This document shows, piece by piece, positions 27,576 through 36,241 of a stretch of 64,000 bases of DNA; position 1 is the stretch's first letter, and each line of letters opens with the position of its first letter. The stretch lies in sequence record NC_019526.1. One strand, given 5' to 3'. The position numbers and the translations under genes are program-made. The notes beneath the pieces were generated by a model. That model did not search any database, was not told where the DNA came from, and worked only from the letters and a program-made list of their open reading frames with translations.

Positions 27576-28316
27576 TTGATGATTAGTACTAAATTCATTA
27601 AAAAAGCTGGTGATAAAAGATTACTAATCATTTCTGGAAATGGATTGTCAATGGATAGTGGTTTTGACTTATATGACATTCCTGATAATTTTCAGATAAA
27701 TGATGTGTGTAATATTGCCAGTTTAGGTACAAAATATCACGTAGTTCATTCTTATTATAATACTCTTAGAGTTAAATTAAAAGATATTGAACCAAACGAA
27801 ATGCATTACTATATTAAATCATTACAAGATGAGTATGGTGATAACTTTTTACACATGACCAGTAATGTAGATGATTTATATACAAGAATTGGTGGTACCG
27901 AATTAAAATTGCATGGTAATATTAAAGAGGTTATAGAAAACTATACCGCTGATGGTTCTGAAATAGAAATAAAAGAATTAGGTTATGAACCATATATTCC
28001 ATGTAGTGGTATTTTTTCTAAACCAGGTGTTACATTAATTGGTGAGTTCCATAGTTATTTTTATGGATATAAAATCCCAATTTATGAAGAACGAAATGAA
28101 ATACTAAAATCATTAAATGAAAATGATACTGTAGTAGTAATTGGAAGTTCTGATTCAGTACTGAAATGGAGCCATTTAATAAATGAGAAATGTTACACAG
28201 TACTAATCAATATAAGAAAAAATGAAAACGATCATCGTTTCAATGAACGAATTTATAAATCTTGTTCCAAATCTGTATTAGATTTATCTGGAATAATTTC
28301 AAAAAGGATGGTATAG
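27576..28316 (+). CDS. divergent Sir2/sirtuin-family protein
   Basis: SGNGLSMDSG (GAGxS), TSNVDDL (TQNVD), LHGN, KPGVTLIGE, VIGSS and INI motifs. Confidence 0.75.
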   Translation: MMISTKFIKKAGDKRLLIISGNGLSMDSGFDLYDIPDNFQINDVCNIASLGTKYHVVHSYYNTLRVKLKDIEPNEMHYYIKSLQDEYGDNFLHMTSNVDDLYTRIGGTELKLHGNIKEVIENYTADGSEIEIKELGYEPYIPCSGIFSKPGVTLIGEFHSYFYGYKIPIYEERNEILKSLNENDTVVVIGSSDSVLKWSHLINEKCYTVLINIRKNENDHRFNERIYKSCSKSVLDLSGIISKRMV

Positions 28317-28870
28317 TGGAAAAAATTGATTTCGGTACAAGAAGTACCAGAGCCGATTTTGCTTTTTGTTGGATTTTTGCCCGAGATTGTACTCCATACT
28401 CTGGATATGATGATCAACTTGGAATTGATAAAGTAAATTTAGTACTAGCACAATTACGTTTTGATGGTTGCATTGGGGCGTGTGGTGGTATGGTGGAAAG
28501 TGATGATAATTCATTAGAAGAAGCTGTACAGCGTGAAGTACTGGAAGAAATTGGTTATACTGTTGATTTAACACATTTAAAACCACTTCTAAGCTTGCGT
28601 TTACCATCAGGCAGCCATTGCCATAGCTATAGTTATGAAGTTGATTACAATGAATTACAAAGCATTAGAGATGGTGCTTATAGAGGAATACATTTCAATC
28701 CAGAATGTGCTGGTGTGAATCTTTTACATATTTCAAGATACACAAAAGGTTATGGAAACGAATGTGGATATAATGTATTATTAGAACAACACTGGAGTGG
28801 TACATCAAAAGAAGAATTTATGTACCTTGTAGAGACAGAAAATCTATTAATTAGTTATTTGAAGGAATGA
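28316..28870 (+). CDS. NUDT16-like Nudix hydrolase
   Basis: QLRFDGCIGACGGMVESDDNSLEEAVQREVLEEIG closely follows the NUDT16 MRFDG...GG...RELxEElG pattern; GTG start overlapping the sirtuin TAG, after AAGGA. Confidence 0.75.
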   Translation: MEKIDFGTRSTRADFAFCWIFARDCTPYSGYDDQLGIDKVNLVLAQLRFDGCIGACGGMVESDDNSLEEAVQREVLEEIGYTVDLTHLKPLLSLRLPSGSHCHSYSYEVDYNELQSIRDGAYRGIHFNPECAGVNLLHISRYTKGYGNECGYNVLLEQHWSGTSKEEFMYLVETENLLISYLKE

Positions 28871-29202
28871 TAATGGGATACCAGTTATTTTTAGATGATA
28901 TTCGTTACCCATCAAAATATTATAGTACTGAAATGGTACTATGTAGATCTTATGATGAAGCTGTCAAATATGTAGAAGAACATGGAATTCCAGAATTTAT
29001 CAGTTTTGACCATGACCTTGGAGATACTTCTGATAATGAAAAAACTGGTTATTCATTTGCTAAATTTTTGATTGATTATATGATTGATAATGGCATCAGT
29101 ACTGAATTCAAATATAATATTCATAGCTCAAATCCAGTAGGTGCAGATAATATCGATTCTTATCTAAAAGCTGGTTTTAAATATCTAAGAGAAAATATGT
29201 AA
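28867..29202 (+). CDS. receiver-fold phosphatase-like protein (cyclic-phosphate-processing REC family)
   Basis: LFLDDIR, ISFDHDLG, TGY and IHSSNPVG motifs. Confidence 0.7.
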   Translation: MIMGYQLFLDDIRYPSKYYSTEMVLCRSYDEAVKYVEEHGIPEFISFDHDLGDTSDNEKTGYSFAKFLIDYMIDNGISTEFKYNIHSSNPVGADNIDSYLKAGFKYLRENM

Positions 29203-29519
29203 TGAAGATTGGTAATCATATTTTTGCATGTTTTATTAGTATATGTATCTGTTCGGTTGTTGCTGGATTGTGGTATAATTCAATGAGGTACGAAAAACAC
29301 AATATTAGATATAATTCAGTTAAAGTTGTTGGTATTGGTCAATGTTCTAATAAAAGTTCGAGTACCGAGTGTTCTTTTTGGTACGAAGATGGAAATTCTA
29401 CCCAATTTGCAATTTCAGATAATCCAGTTTCAATTGGTCAAATTGTTTATCAAATGTGCTGGACAGAAAAGGCTCGTGGTGATAGATGTTATGTAAATTA
29501 CCAAACGAGTAAGCAGTAA
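29202..29519 (+). CDS. membrane-anchored hypothetical protein
   Basis: N-terminal TM; Cys pairs in the soluble part. Confidence 0.7.
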   Translation: MKIGNHIFACFISICICSVVAGLWYNSMRYEKHNIRYNSVKVVGIGQCSNKSSSTECSFWYEDGNSTQFAISDNPVSIGQIVYQMCWTEKARGDRCYVNYQTSKQ

Positions 29520-29539
29520 AAAAGTTGTATTTTAGCAGT

Positions 29540-29547
29540 TCTAAATA
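29540..29547 (+). promoter_or_regulatory. candidate T4-type late promoter
   Basis: CTAAATACAT, identical 10-mer to those upstream of 56981 and 59475. Confidence 0.55.
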
Positions 29548-29596
29548 CATATGAGAACAACATAATATTCTCCCCAACTAAGATAAGGAATATCTT

Positions 29597-31036
29597 ATGA
29601 AAAAATATACTATTGACACTAACGTAGTACTTTCTGATCCAAATGCAATCACTGCGTTTGATGGTACATCTGTTATTCTTCCATTTAAAGTACTAGAAGA
29701 ACTAGATTCTATTAAAAGTCGCAATGTTGACGTATCTCGTGATGCACGTTTTGCAATCCGAAATATTGATGCAATTCTAGCTGATGCAACTTATGAAGAG
29801 ATTAGAAATACTGGTGTTGATATTTCAAAAGTACATACGAATATGAGTGTTTCCAGTAAATTATTTGTAATTACCGATGAAGAAGCAGAAGCTTTAATTC
29901 GTACACAAGATAAAGAAGAAAAATTAGTAACTCTTCTAAAAAGTACAGTTCCTGATGATAAAATCATTTTAGTAGCACTAGCAACTGATTCAGTACTAGT
30001 TACAAAAGATATCAATATGCGTCTAAAAGCACTATCTTATGGTGTTGAGGTTCAAGATTATCGTCATGATGTAGTACTAGAAGATAGTGATCTTATTCAT
30101 GTCGGTCAACATCATCTTGACATTGATTTTTGGGAAATGTTTAAAGATATTCCTGATGCAGAAATTAAATCCAATCAAATTGGTAGAAAATTGTATCACT
30201 ATATCAGTACTGAACTATTAAAAGATTCGTTACCAACAAATATGTATATTGGTGATTATTTGTATGATAATTCTGATGTATTGTTTGTATATGATGGTAT
30301 TGTTGAGCTTGATGATTCAGAAGGTAATGCAATTGAAGGTGAGTTTTTTGTATTTCAAGATGTAGGACAATCGGTTGCTTTACGTGCTAAAGTTTGGGAT
30401 ATTAAATCAAAAAATATCCAACAATCATTAGCAATTAATAGTATTCTCGATCCTGACGTACATCTTACTGTACTTCTTGGTTCTGCTGGTACTGGTAAAA
30501 CACTAATTACAATTGCAAGTGCACTTGAATTAGTACTAGAGAAGAAAAAATATTCTCGTATTATTTTCTCAAAAACTCAAGATTCACAGTTTGAAGATAT
30601 TGGTTTCCTACCAGGATCAGAAAGTGAAAAAGTAATTCCTTTCTGTGGTGCAGCAATTGATGCATTAGAGTTTTTACATCGTGATGACCGTGATCCACAA
30701 GGTAGTATTGAAGAAATTATGAAACGTAATGTTATTCAATTTAAAGCATTGAACTTCGTTCGTGGTCGTAGTTTCACTGATACAATTCTTGTTATCGACG
30801 AATTCCAAAATATTTCACCCGCACAAGCGAAGACAATCTTGACACGTGCTGGACAAAACTGTAAAGTAATCATTATGGGAAACCTATCACAAATTGATAA
30901 TAAATTTATTAGTGCAGTGAATAGTGGTTTAACATATGTTACTGAAAAATTTAAAGATTGGTCCGGTTGTCGTATCATCGAGTTAGAAGGTGTTGTGCGT
31001 TCACCATTAGCCGAATTTGCTGAGAAAAATATGTAA
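29597..31036 (+). CDS. phoH: PIN-PhoH protein (PhoH2-like ATPase with N-terminal PIN RNase domain)
   Basis: IDTNVVL, PDDKII and VTKDINMR PIN motifs; GSAGTGKT, RGRSF, DEFQN and GNLSQID PhoH motifs. Confidence 0.9.
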   Translation: MKKYTIDTNVVLSDPNAITAFDGTSVILPFKVLEELDSIKSRNVDVSRDARFAIRNIDAILADATYEEIRNTGVDISKVHTNMSVSSKLFVITDEEAEALIRTQDKEEKLVTLLKSTVPDDKIILVALATDSVLVTKDINMRLKALSYGVEVQDYRHDVVLEDSDLIHVGQHHLDIDFWEMFKDIPDAEIKSNQIGRKLYHYISTELLKDSLPTNMYIGDYLYDNSDVLFVYDGIVELDDSEGNAIEGEFFVFQDVGQSVALRAKVWDIKSKNIQQSLAINSILDPDVHLTVLLGSAGTGKTLITIASALELVLEKKKYSRIIFSKTQDSQFEDIGFLPGSESEKVIPFCGAAIDALEFLHRDDRDPQGSIEEIMKRNVIQFKALNFVRGRSFTDTILVIDEFQNISPAQAKTILTRAGQNCKVIIMGNLSQIDNKFISAVNSGLTYVTEKFKDWSGCRIIELEGVVRSPLAEFAEKNM

Positions 31037-31042
31037 TAATAT

Positions 31043-31076
31043 TTTCGGTACTGAACAACACTCAGTACCGAAATTT
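31043..31076 (+). terminator. 12-bp hairpin terminator after phoH
   Basis: TTTCGGTACTGA-N7-TCAGTACCGAAA. Confidence 0.7.
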
Positions 31077-31095
31077 AAAATAATTAAAAAAACAT

Positions 31096-31124
31096 TTGAC
31101 ATATCAATCGTTGTATCCTATAAT
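31096..31124 (+). promoter_or_regulatory. consensus sigma70 promoter
   Basis: TTGACA-N17-TATAAT with upstream A-tract. Confidence 0.88.
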
Positions 31125-31171
31125 AATCTCATCAACACGAAACACAGAAACAATAAAAGAGGAAATAAAAA

Positions 31172-31468
31172 ATGGCTAAACAAGCAAAGAAAAAAGTTCA
31201 AGAAGCTCCAGTTAAAGTTAAAAAAGCAAAAACTGAAAAACTGTCCAAAGAAGAACGCGTAAGTGCACTATACAAAGCCGAAGCACAAACAACTCTCCAA
31301 ACCCTACGTAAGAAAGGTGTGCTGACCCGCCGCCAACAACGCATGATTGCGTACACAAAAGGTCTTGGTGGTGTCAAAGGTGTACCACTGGTAAATACCT
31401 ATGAAGTGGAGAAAAAAGGCGACAAAAAAGTTGTAGTTCACAAACTCCAACAATGGCATCGTATCTAA
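31172..31468 (+). CDS. small Lys-rich basic protein, monocistronic
   Basis: GAGGA RBS; MAKQAKKKVQEAPVKVKKAK N-terminus. Confidence 0.8.
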   Translation: MAKQAKKKVQEAPVKVKKAKTEKLSKEERVSALYKAEAQTTLQTLRKKGVLTRRQQRMIAYTKGLGGVKGVPLVNTYEVEKKGDKKVVVHKLQQWHRI

Positions 31469-31479
31469 TATAATTTTAT

Positions 31480-31504
31480 AGTACTGTAATTATATTACAG
31501 TACT
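31480..31504. repeat. 11-bp inverted repeat containing two AGTACT sites
   Basis: AGTACTGTAAT-TAT-ATTACAGTACT. Confidence 0.8.
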
Positions 31505-31511
31505 TCACATT

Positions 31512-31536
31512 AAATCCCCACAAAAGTGGGGATTTT
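31512..31536 (+). terminator. intrinsic terminator
   Basis: AAATCCCCAC-AAAA-GTGGGGATTT-T. Confidence 0.8.
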
Positions 31537-31551
31537 CCTTATATAAGGACA

Positions 31552-31683
31552 ATGAGTATGCACCATTTATTTGAAGCTTTTTTGGATATTGTTACCTGTG
31601 TTATTCCATCTACTAAGAAAAGTACTATCATTTTTCTTGGTATTATCTTGTTATTGACAATTGGATATTTCCTCACTGCATAA
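31552..31683 (+). CDS. small membrane protein (43 aa, not in track)
   Basis: TAAGGA RBS; C-terminal TM IIFLGIILLLTIGYFLTA. Confidence 0.6.
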   Translation: MSMHHLFEAFLDIVTCVIPSTKKSTIIFLGIILLLTIGYFLTA

Positions 31684-31759
31684 GGAGTATAATGAAAAAA
31701 TTAATCAGAGGTAGAATGACATTTCATTAAGTTAAACTAACTTAATGGAGATCATATAC

Positions 31760-32308
31760 ATGTTTTTCAACCAAACTTTCGTTTTGTATCATGACAACGG
31801 TAATGTAGAAATTACTGATGATTTATTAAAAACAGTAAAGAAATATGGTGGTTCAGAAAAATTTCATAGTCTAATGAAATTTAATTTAGGTTCTTTTGAA
31901 GAACGAAAAAGAAAGTATTATCGTCCTAACGGATATTTTGATTATGAATTCACAAATCATATAGGCTTTTTTCTTTGTAATGAAAAAGGATTACTTATTT
32001 CTCCTGATTTATTTTATGGCGAATATGAAGTAATCTGGAATAAGTACTGGGAACAGAGAAATCATACTCGTACTATGCATTTCAAACATAATAGATCATG
32101 GGTTCATAAACACAATAACACTCGTTATAAACACCCGCAAACAATGAATGCTCGTAGAGCATCATGTGCAGTATTAAAAGAAGAAGGTGAACCTGAATTT
32201 CGAGGTAAACGTAAGGTACGTTCTATTCCAACGTTGTGGGATGATAAAAAAACTCGTCACGGTACTGGATGGAAGTATAGTACAAAACGCAAACATCAAT
32301 ACAAATAA
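31760..32308 (+). CDS. basic hypothetical protein
   Basis: GGAG RBS favours ATG 31760; C-terminal HPQTMNARR...PTLWDD...WKYSTKRKHQYK block. Confidence 0.75.
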   Translation: MFFNQTFVLYHDNGNVEITDDLLKTVKKYGGSEKFHSLMKFNLGSFEERKRKYYRPNGYFDYEFTNHIGFFLCNEKGLLISPDLFYGEYEVIWNKYWEQRNHTRTMHFKHNRSWVHKHNNTRYKHPQTMNARRASCAVLKEEGEPEFRGKRKVRSIPTLWDDKKTRHGTGWKYSTKRKHQYK

Positions 32309-32311
32309 TTC

Positions 32312-32340
32312 AAAAGGAGAACATTCACGTTCTCCTTTTT
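32312..32340 (+). terminator. intrinsic terminator
   Basis: AAAAGGAGAAC-N6-GTTCTCCTTTT. Confidence 0.85.
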
Positions 32341-32356
32341 CTATTGGACAATATCA

Positions 32357-32710
32357 ATGTCAAAATATAAAAAGAAAATTTTATCAAAAATAATCCATAC
32401 TGAATCACTTGAAGATGATAATTTGGATGATATTATTTCAGTACTATTACACTGGAAAGAACAATACCCAAATGAAGAATTACGTGTTGAATATGGTTCT
32501 TGTGGTTTAGATCCTTATGGTGGATATGATGAATATTATATTATCCGTGATTGTTTAGAAACTGATGAAGAATTTAATACAAGAGTTCAGTACGAAGAAG
32601 ATAAATTAAGAACTAAAGAGCAAAAAGAAATGGAACGTTTATTAAGATGTAAAACTTTAAACGAATCCAACAAAGAAAAGTTAATCAAATATATCGAGAA
32701 ATATAAATGA
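32357..32710 (+). CDS. hypothetical protein (117 aa)
   Basis: ORF track. Confidence 0.75.
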   Translation: MSKYKKKILSKIIHTESLEDDNLDDIISVLLHWKEQYPNEELRVEYGSCGLDPYGGYDEYYIIRDCLETDEEFNTRVQYEEDKLRTKEQKEMERLLRCKTLNESNKEKLIKYIEKYK

Positions 32711-33567
32711 ATCATATTACTGAAGAAAAAATTCTATATCACGCATTACATAATGGATCATTTACTTTACAAAGTTGTGATTATATTGGTCATACTCAGA
32801 CATGTATTGATAACCTTTTGAAGTGTAAATTTCTTACATGGGAAACTAATAGTTTGTGGAGTGATTATAAACATAATGATAGTTCTGAATATTATGACAT
32901 AGCATTTCATCAGTATAAAATCACCGAAACAGGTGAAGTTCGTTTAGCCATTTATCGTTTAGCTTATGCACATAAGAATCACAGAGATACTTCTAAACAT
33001 GTGAAAAGGATGGAACAATTAACAAAAGTATTGAAACAGTATTCTCTGGATATTGATAACTTCAAAAAGAATTGTACTAAAAATGAAGTGAAAGCAATTA
33101 ATTATTATAAAGAAAACTATAATAAAACGGTTTATATTGAAGAAGCGAAAGCTGTCGGTGATACATTAAAACAAGCTATTCATCCAGTATTCAGTACTGA
33201 AAAAATTCAATCCAAAAATTCTCATCTAAATGATATTGATTTCGGTGATGTAGTACTTAATAATATGTTCCAAATGAGTTCTATGCTTGGTGAAAAAGGT
33301 TATGATAAATCCAGAACATGGGATTATGTTCTTCGTAAAATTAATGAAGAATTGGGTGAAATGACACTTGAAATGAATGTAGCAGATGGGTTATCATATA
33401 AAGAAGCAGGGAAAGATGGTGTAAAAGGTGAAGCCGTTGATTTAGCAATTTGTGCTATGGATATGTTTGCATTGGAATGTCCAGGTATGAGTGCTGATGA
33501 AATTGAGCGTGAATTTTTAACATACATGAACATCAAACTAGCTAAATGGAGAAAGTCAATACAATGA
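32707..33567 (+). CDS. unknown N-terminal domain fused to MazG-like NTP pyrophosphohydrolase
   Basis: C-terminal KINEELGE...KGEAVDL (EExxE...ExxD). Confidence 0.7.
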   Translation: MNHITEEKILYHALHNGSFTLQSCDYIGHTQTCIDNLLKCKFLTWETNSLWSDYKHNDSSEYYDIAFHQYKITETGEVRLAIYRLAYAHKNHRDTSKHVKRMEQLTKVLKQYSLDIDNFKKNCTKNEVKAINYYKENYNKTVYIEEAKAVGDTLKQAIHPVFSTEKIQSKNSHLNDIDFGDVVLNNMFQMSSMLGEKGYDKSRTWDYVLRKINEELGEMTLEMNVADGLSYKEAGKDGVKGEAVDLAICAMDMFALECPGMSADEIEREFLTYMNIKLAKWRKSIQ

Positions 33568-33764
33568 ATAAATTTATTTTTGGCATAGTCTTGATTGGTA
33601 CATTACTGTTAAGTGGATGTGTTAGTGATTTCAGATGCGATACTTATACACAATACTTACCATTTAGTGCTAATGCACCAGTAAATTGTTATCTTGCGAA
33701 TAGCGATATTATTGTTATTAATGGTATTCCTTCATTTGAATATATTTGCAATAAAGTAAAATAA
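33564..33764 (+). CDS. small lipoprotein
   Basis: Signal peptide MNKFIFGIVLIGTLLLSG|C with lipobox; ATGA overlap. Confidence 0.7.
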   Translation: MNKFIFGIVLIGTLLLSGCVSDFRCDTYTQYLPFSANAPVNCYLANSDIIVINGIPSFEYICNKVK

Positions 33765-33799
33765 TTTAGGTTTAATTTGTATTAAAAAAATTAAACAAA

Positions 33800-34036
33800 G
33801 TGGATATTAATATGAAAGCCAAAGAATTAGCAAAACTTCTTTTAGAAAATCCAGAATCTGAAGTTGTAATAATGAATGACTATGGAGAAGTTATTGATTG
33901 TACTTATATTACAATATGCAATAAAGGAGAAGAATTACAAGAAGGTTCATCTCGTTCTCAATATTTAACTGGTTCTACCCCATATAAATGGCCTGTAAGT
34001 ACTAAAGATATTATATTCATAGGTGGTGAAGAATAA
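33800..34036 (+). CDS. hypothetical protein
   Basis: MKAKELAKLLLENPESEVVI is a common phage small-protein start; true ATG may be 33812. Confidence 0.7.
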   Translation: MDINMKAKELAKLLLENPESEVVIMNDYGEVIDCTYITICNKGEELQEGSSRSQYLTGSTPYKWPVSTKDIIFIGGEE

Positions 34037-34410
34037 TGCGTAAAATTGATTATGTAGCATTTTTATTAAAGGATGGTACTGTAATTGAAAAGCACATTAT
34101 TCGTATGCCAGCGTATAATGAGAAGGGATGGTATAATAGTGTAGTTAGTATTGATGCATTCAACAATCGTGAGTCCGAAAGATATTATCAAATTAGATGT
34201 GTTAAAAAGAAACCACTTGTTGGTTTATTGTGTCATTTATATCGATTAACTGAATGGGAACGTGATACACAGTTATCAACTAATCGTATGAAAAAATATG
34301 ATCCTTCATATGAACATCCTTACAATTTAGTACCATGTATTGAGCATCAAAATGTGTTTGACTTTTATAAACACATCGGGTATGATTATAAAAAGAAGCG
34401 ATACATTTAA
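34036..34410 (+). CDS. hypothetical protein (124 aa)
   Basis: ORF track; TAATG coupling. Confidence 0.75.
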   Translation: MRKIDYVAFLLKDGTVIEKHIIRMPAYNEKGWYNSVVSIDAFNNRESERYYQIRCVKKKPLVGLLCHLYRLTEWERDTQLSTNRMKKYDPSYEHPYNLVPCIEHQNVFDFYKHIGYDYKKKRYI

Positions 34411-34421
34411 AGGTAAATTTA

Positions 34422-35624
34422 ATGAAACTTTGTAAGCATTGCCAGAAACCAAAATTCAAACATCAACGTGAAACACTGAATTGTCCAAGTCCAACTCGTT
34501 CATTGGCTGCGAATTTTAATAGTACAACTGTATATGATGAATATGAATCCGATCCAGTACATTATGCTATTGCACAAGTACAATTGAAAGCTGATATTGC
34601 TGAAATTACTGCTGGTCTTGATGAACTTCTTGCTAAAGGTGATATTAACGAGCAATCATATAAAATGAATTTAGCAAATGCAACTGCCAATCTTACTCGT
34701 ATTGCTGAAAATAGCAAGCGACCAGAAATTACAGAATCTAATTCAGTACTGTATGTTTCTTTTAACGATGTGGTGTATTTTTATGATGCACAATGGGAAG
34801 GAAATGCAGTACTAGAAGGTGAAAAAGCAGTAGAAGATTTATATTTTTCTGATAAATTCAAAGAATATTATGATGCTGGTATTGTACCAGTATTAGAAGT
34901 GCTAGATAATGAAAGCACTGAAATGATTAAAGTAATTTATAATGCAGAACGTGTTGAATTTATTTCTGATATTAGTCGTGATGAACATTTGAAAGAAAAA
35001 GATACAAAACAAGAAGAAGTATCTTTATCTGATTTGAATAATGATGATTTTGTACTTCCATTGCATGATAAACAATGGGTACTAAATACTATTCGAAAAA
35101 ATTCTGACGATGATTGTGATGTTGAAGAACTTGAATGTGCATTGAAAAGCTGTGATGGATCTATTGTTCTTGGTAAACCAGATACAGAAAACGATGGAAC
35201 TTATCTAATGCTTGGTATGAAAACCAACGATGGTTTCCTTGAAAATGATTACTGTCTTCTTAATAACATTTTGCTTAAAGATTGGAGTGTACTTGAAAAT
35301 TCAGGGTTGATTGAAATTGGTACTTTTGAAAGCCACATTGACATTGATGAAAGCAAAAATAAAGGCATTACTACTTTTATGTCTGAAGTAATTGCACGTT
35401 CATTATTCAGTACTGAAGCATTGGATATCAAAAGTACGGATGATTGTAAAGCATTCTTGAAATCAGAATACAATGTACAAAAAGCAAAACGCATCAAGAA
35501 AGAAAAATGGGGTAAAATTGAGTACCGAATCTTTGAAGATGATAATGGTGAACAGTATACTATTGTCACTTACTGTGATAAGTTGATTTCACATTATCCA
35601 TTTGCTTACAATGAGGATTATTAA
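34422..35624 (+). CDS. acidic hypothetical protein (400 aa) with N-terminal Cys/His motif
   Basis: CKHC-x6-H-x6-C N-terminus; long ORF. Confidence 0.8.
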   Translation: MKLCKHCQKPKFKHQRETLNCPSPTRSLAANFNSTTVYDEYESDPVHYAIAQVQLKADIAEITAGLDELLAKGDINEQSYKMNLANATANLTRIAENSKRPEITESNSVLYVSFNDVVYFYDAQWEGNAVLEGEKAVEDLYFSDKFKEYYDAGIVPVLEVLDNESTEMIKVIYNAERVEFISDISRDEHLKEKDTKQEEVSLSDLNNDDFVLPLHDKQWVLNTIRKNSDDDCDVEELECALKSCDGSIVLGKPDTENDGTYLMLGMKTNDGFLENDYCLLNNILLKDWSVLENSGLIEIGTFESHIDIDESKNKGITTFMSEVIARSLFSTEALDIKSTDDCKAFLKSEYNVQKAKRIKKEKWGKIEYRIFEDDNGEQYTIVTYCDKLISHYPFAYNEDY

Positions 35625-35842
35625 TGATCATCTATGCTGTTCAGGAAATTGATTTTTATACTGAAGAATACGACAATCAAAAAATTCGTAAATTATTTTT
35701 AAATTTAGACGATGCACTTAATTATGTAAAAACTACATATGATATTAAAATTACTAACGTTAATACATGTAAAACATATATCGAAAATGATGAAGAACGT
35801 GGAGAAGTTTCCGTTGGTATTTATGAAATGAGTGTGTTATAA
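35624..35842 (+). CDS. hypothetical protein (72 aa)
   Basis: GAGGA RBS; TAATG coupling. Confidence 0.7.
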   Translation: MIIYAVQEIDFYTEEYDNQKIRKLFLNLDDALNYVKTTYDIKITNVNTCKTYIENDEERGEVSVGIYEMSVL

Positions 35843-35864
35843 TTAAATAGTTTTTAACAAACAA

Positions 35865-35983
35865 GAAAGTACTGTCACCGTGCATCTGGGTAAAATCAGT
35901 ATAAGTCCGTAAAGCACAATGTCAATACTCAACAATCTCCCTACTCCTTGAGATCTACCAAAGTTGAGGGTGGTAGTACTTTC
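35865..35983 (+). ncRNA. candidate structured RNA (three-way junction), class unknown
   Basis: 15-bp closing stem with two G-U pairs, plus nested stems GTGC/GCAC, CTCAAC/GTTGAG and ATCTC/GAGAT in a 150-nt ORF-free gap. Confidence 0.45.
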
Positions 35984-35993
35984 ACCTTTTTAG

Positions 35994-36239
35994 TTGAGAA
36001 ATATTATGATTTTATTAATTATTACAGTACTGTTGGGGTTTTTTAATTGTTTGATTTATTTAAGAATTGAAAAGAAAGAAGGATATTGCTTTCATAGTAC
36101 AAAAGATGGTAAATTAGTTTCAATGTTTAGTATAGAATCTCCATCAATTTGTAAATTCTTTATTCTTTTACAATTCATCCCGTTTGTTAATATTGTTTTC
36201 GCACTTTTATATTTCGTAGATATTCTTAATGGACATTAA
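35994..36239 (+). CDS. two-TM membrane protein (ATG 36006 also possible)
   Basis: Hydrophobic ends; FILLQFIPFVNIVFALLY. Confidence 0.7.
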   Translation: MRNIMILLIITVLLGFFNCLIYLRIEKKEGYCFHSTKDGKLVSMFSIESPSICKFFILLQFIPFVNIVFALLYFVDILNGH

Positions 36240-36241
36240 TA

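Noticed and set aside
31692-31730. 12-codon ORF MKKLIRGRMTFH behind TAAGGAG
   Set aside because: Too short to support; may be a gene remnant.
35865-35983. Resemblance to a twister ribozyme (AAAGTTGAGGG) or c-di-GMP-I riboswitch (GGGTAAA...CGTAAAG)
   Set aside because: The twister P4/pseudoknot core and the second c-di-GMP stem with its receptor are absent; class left unassigned.
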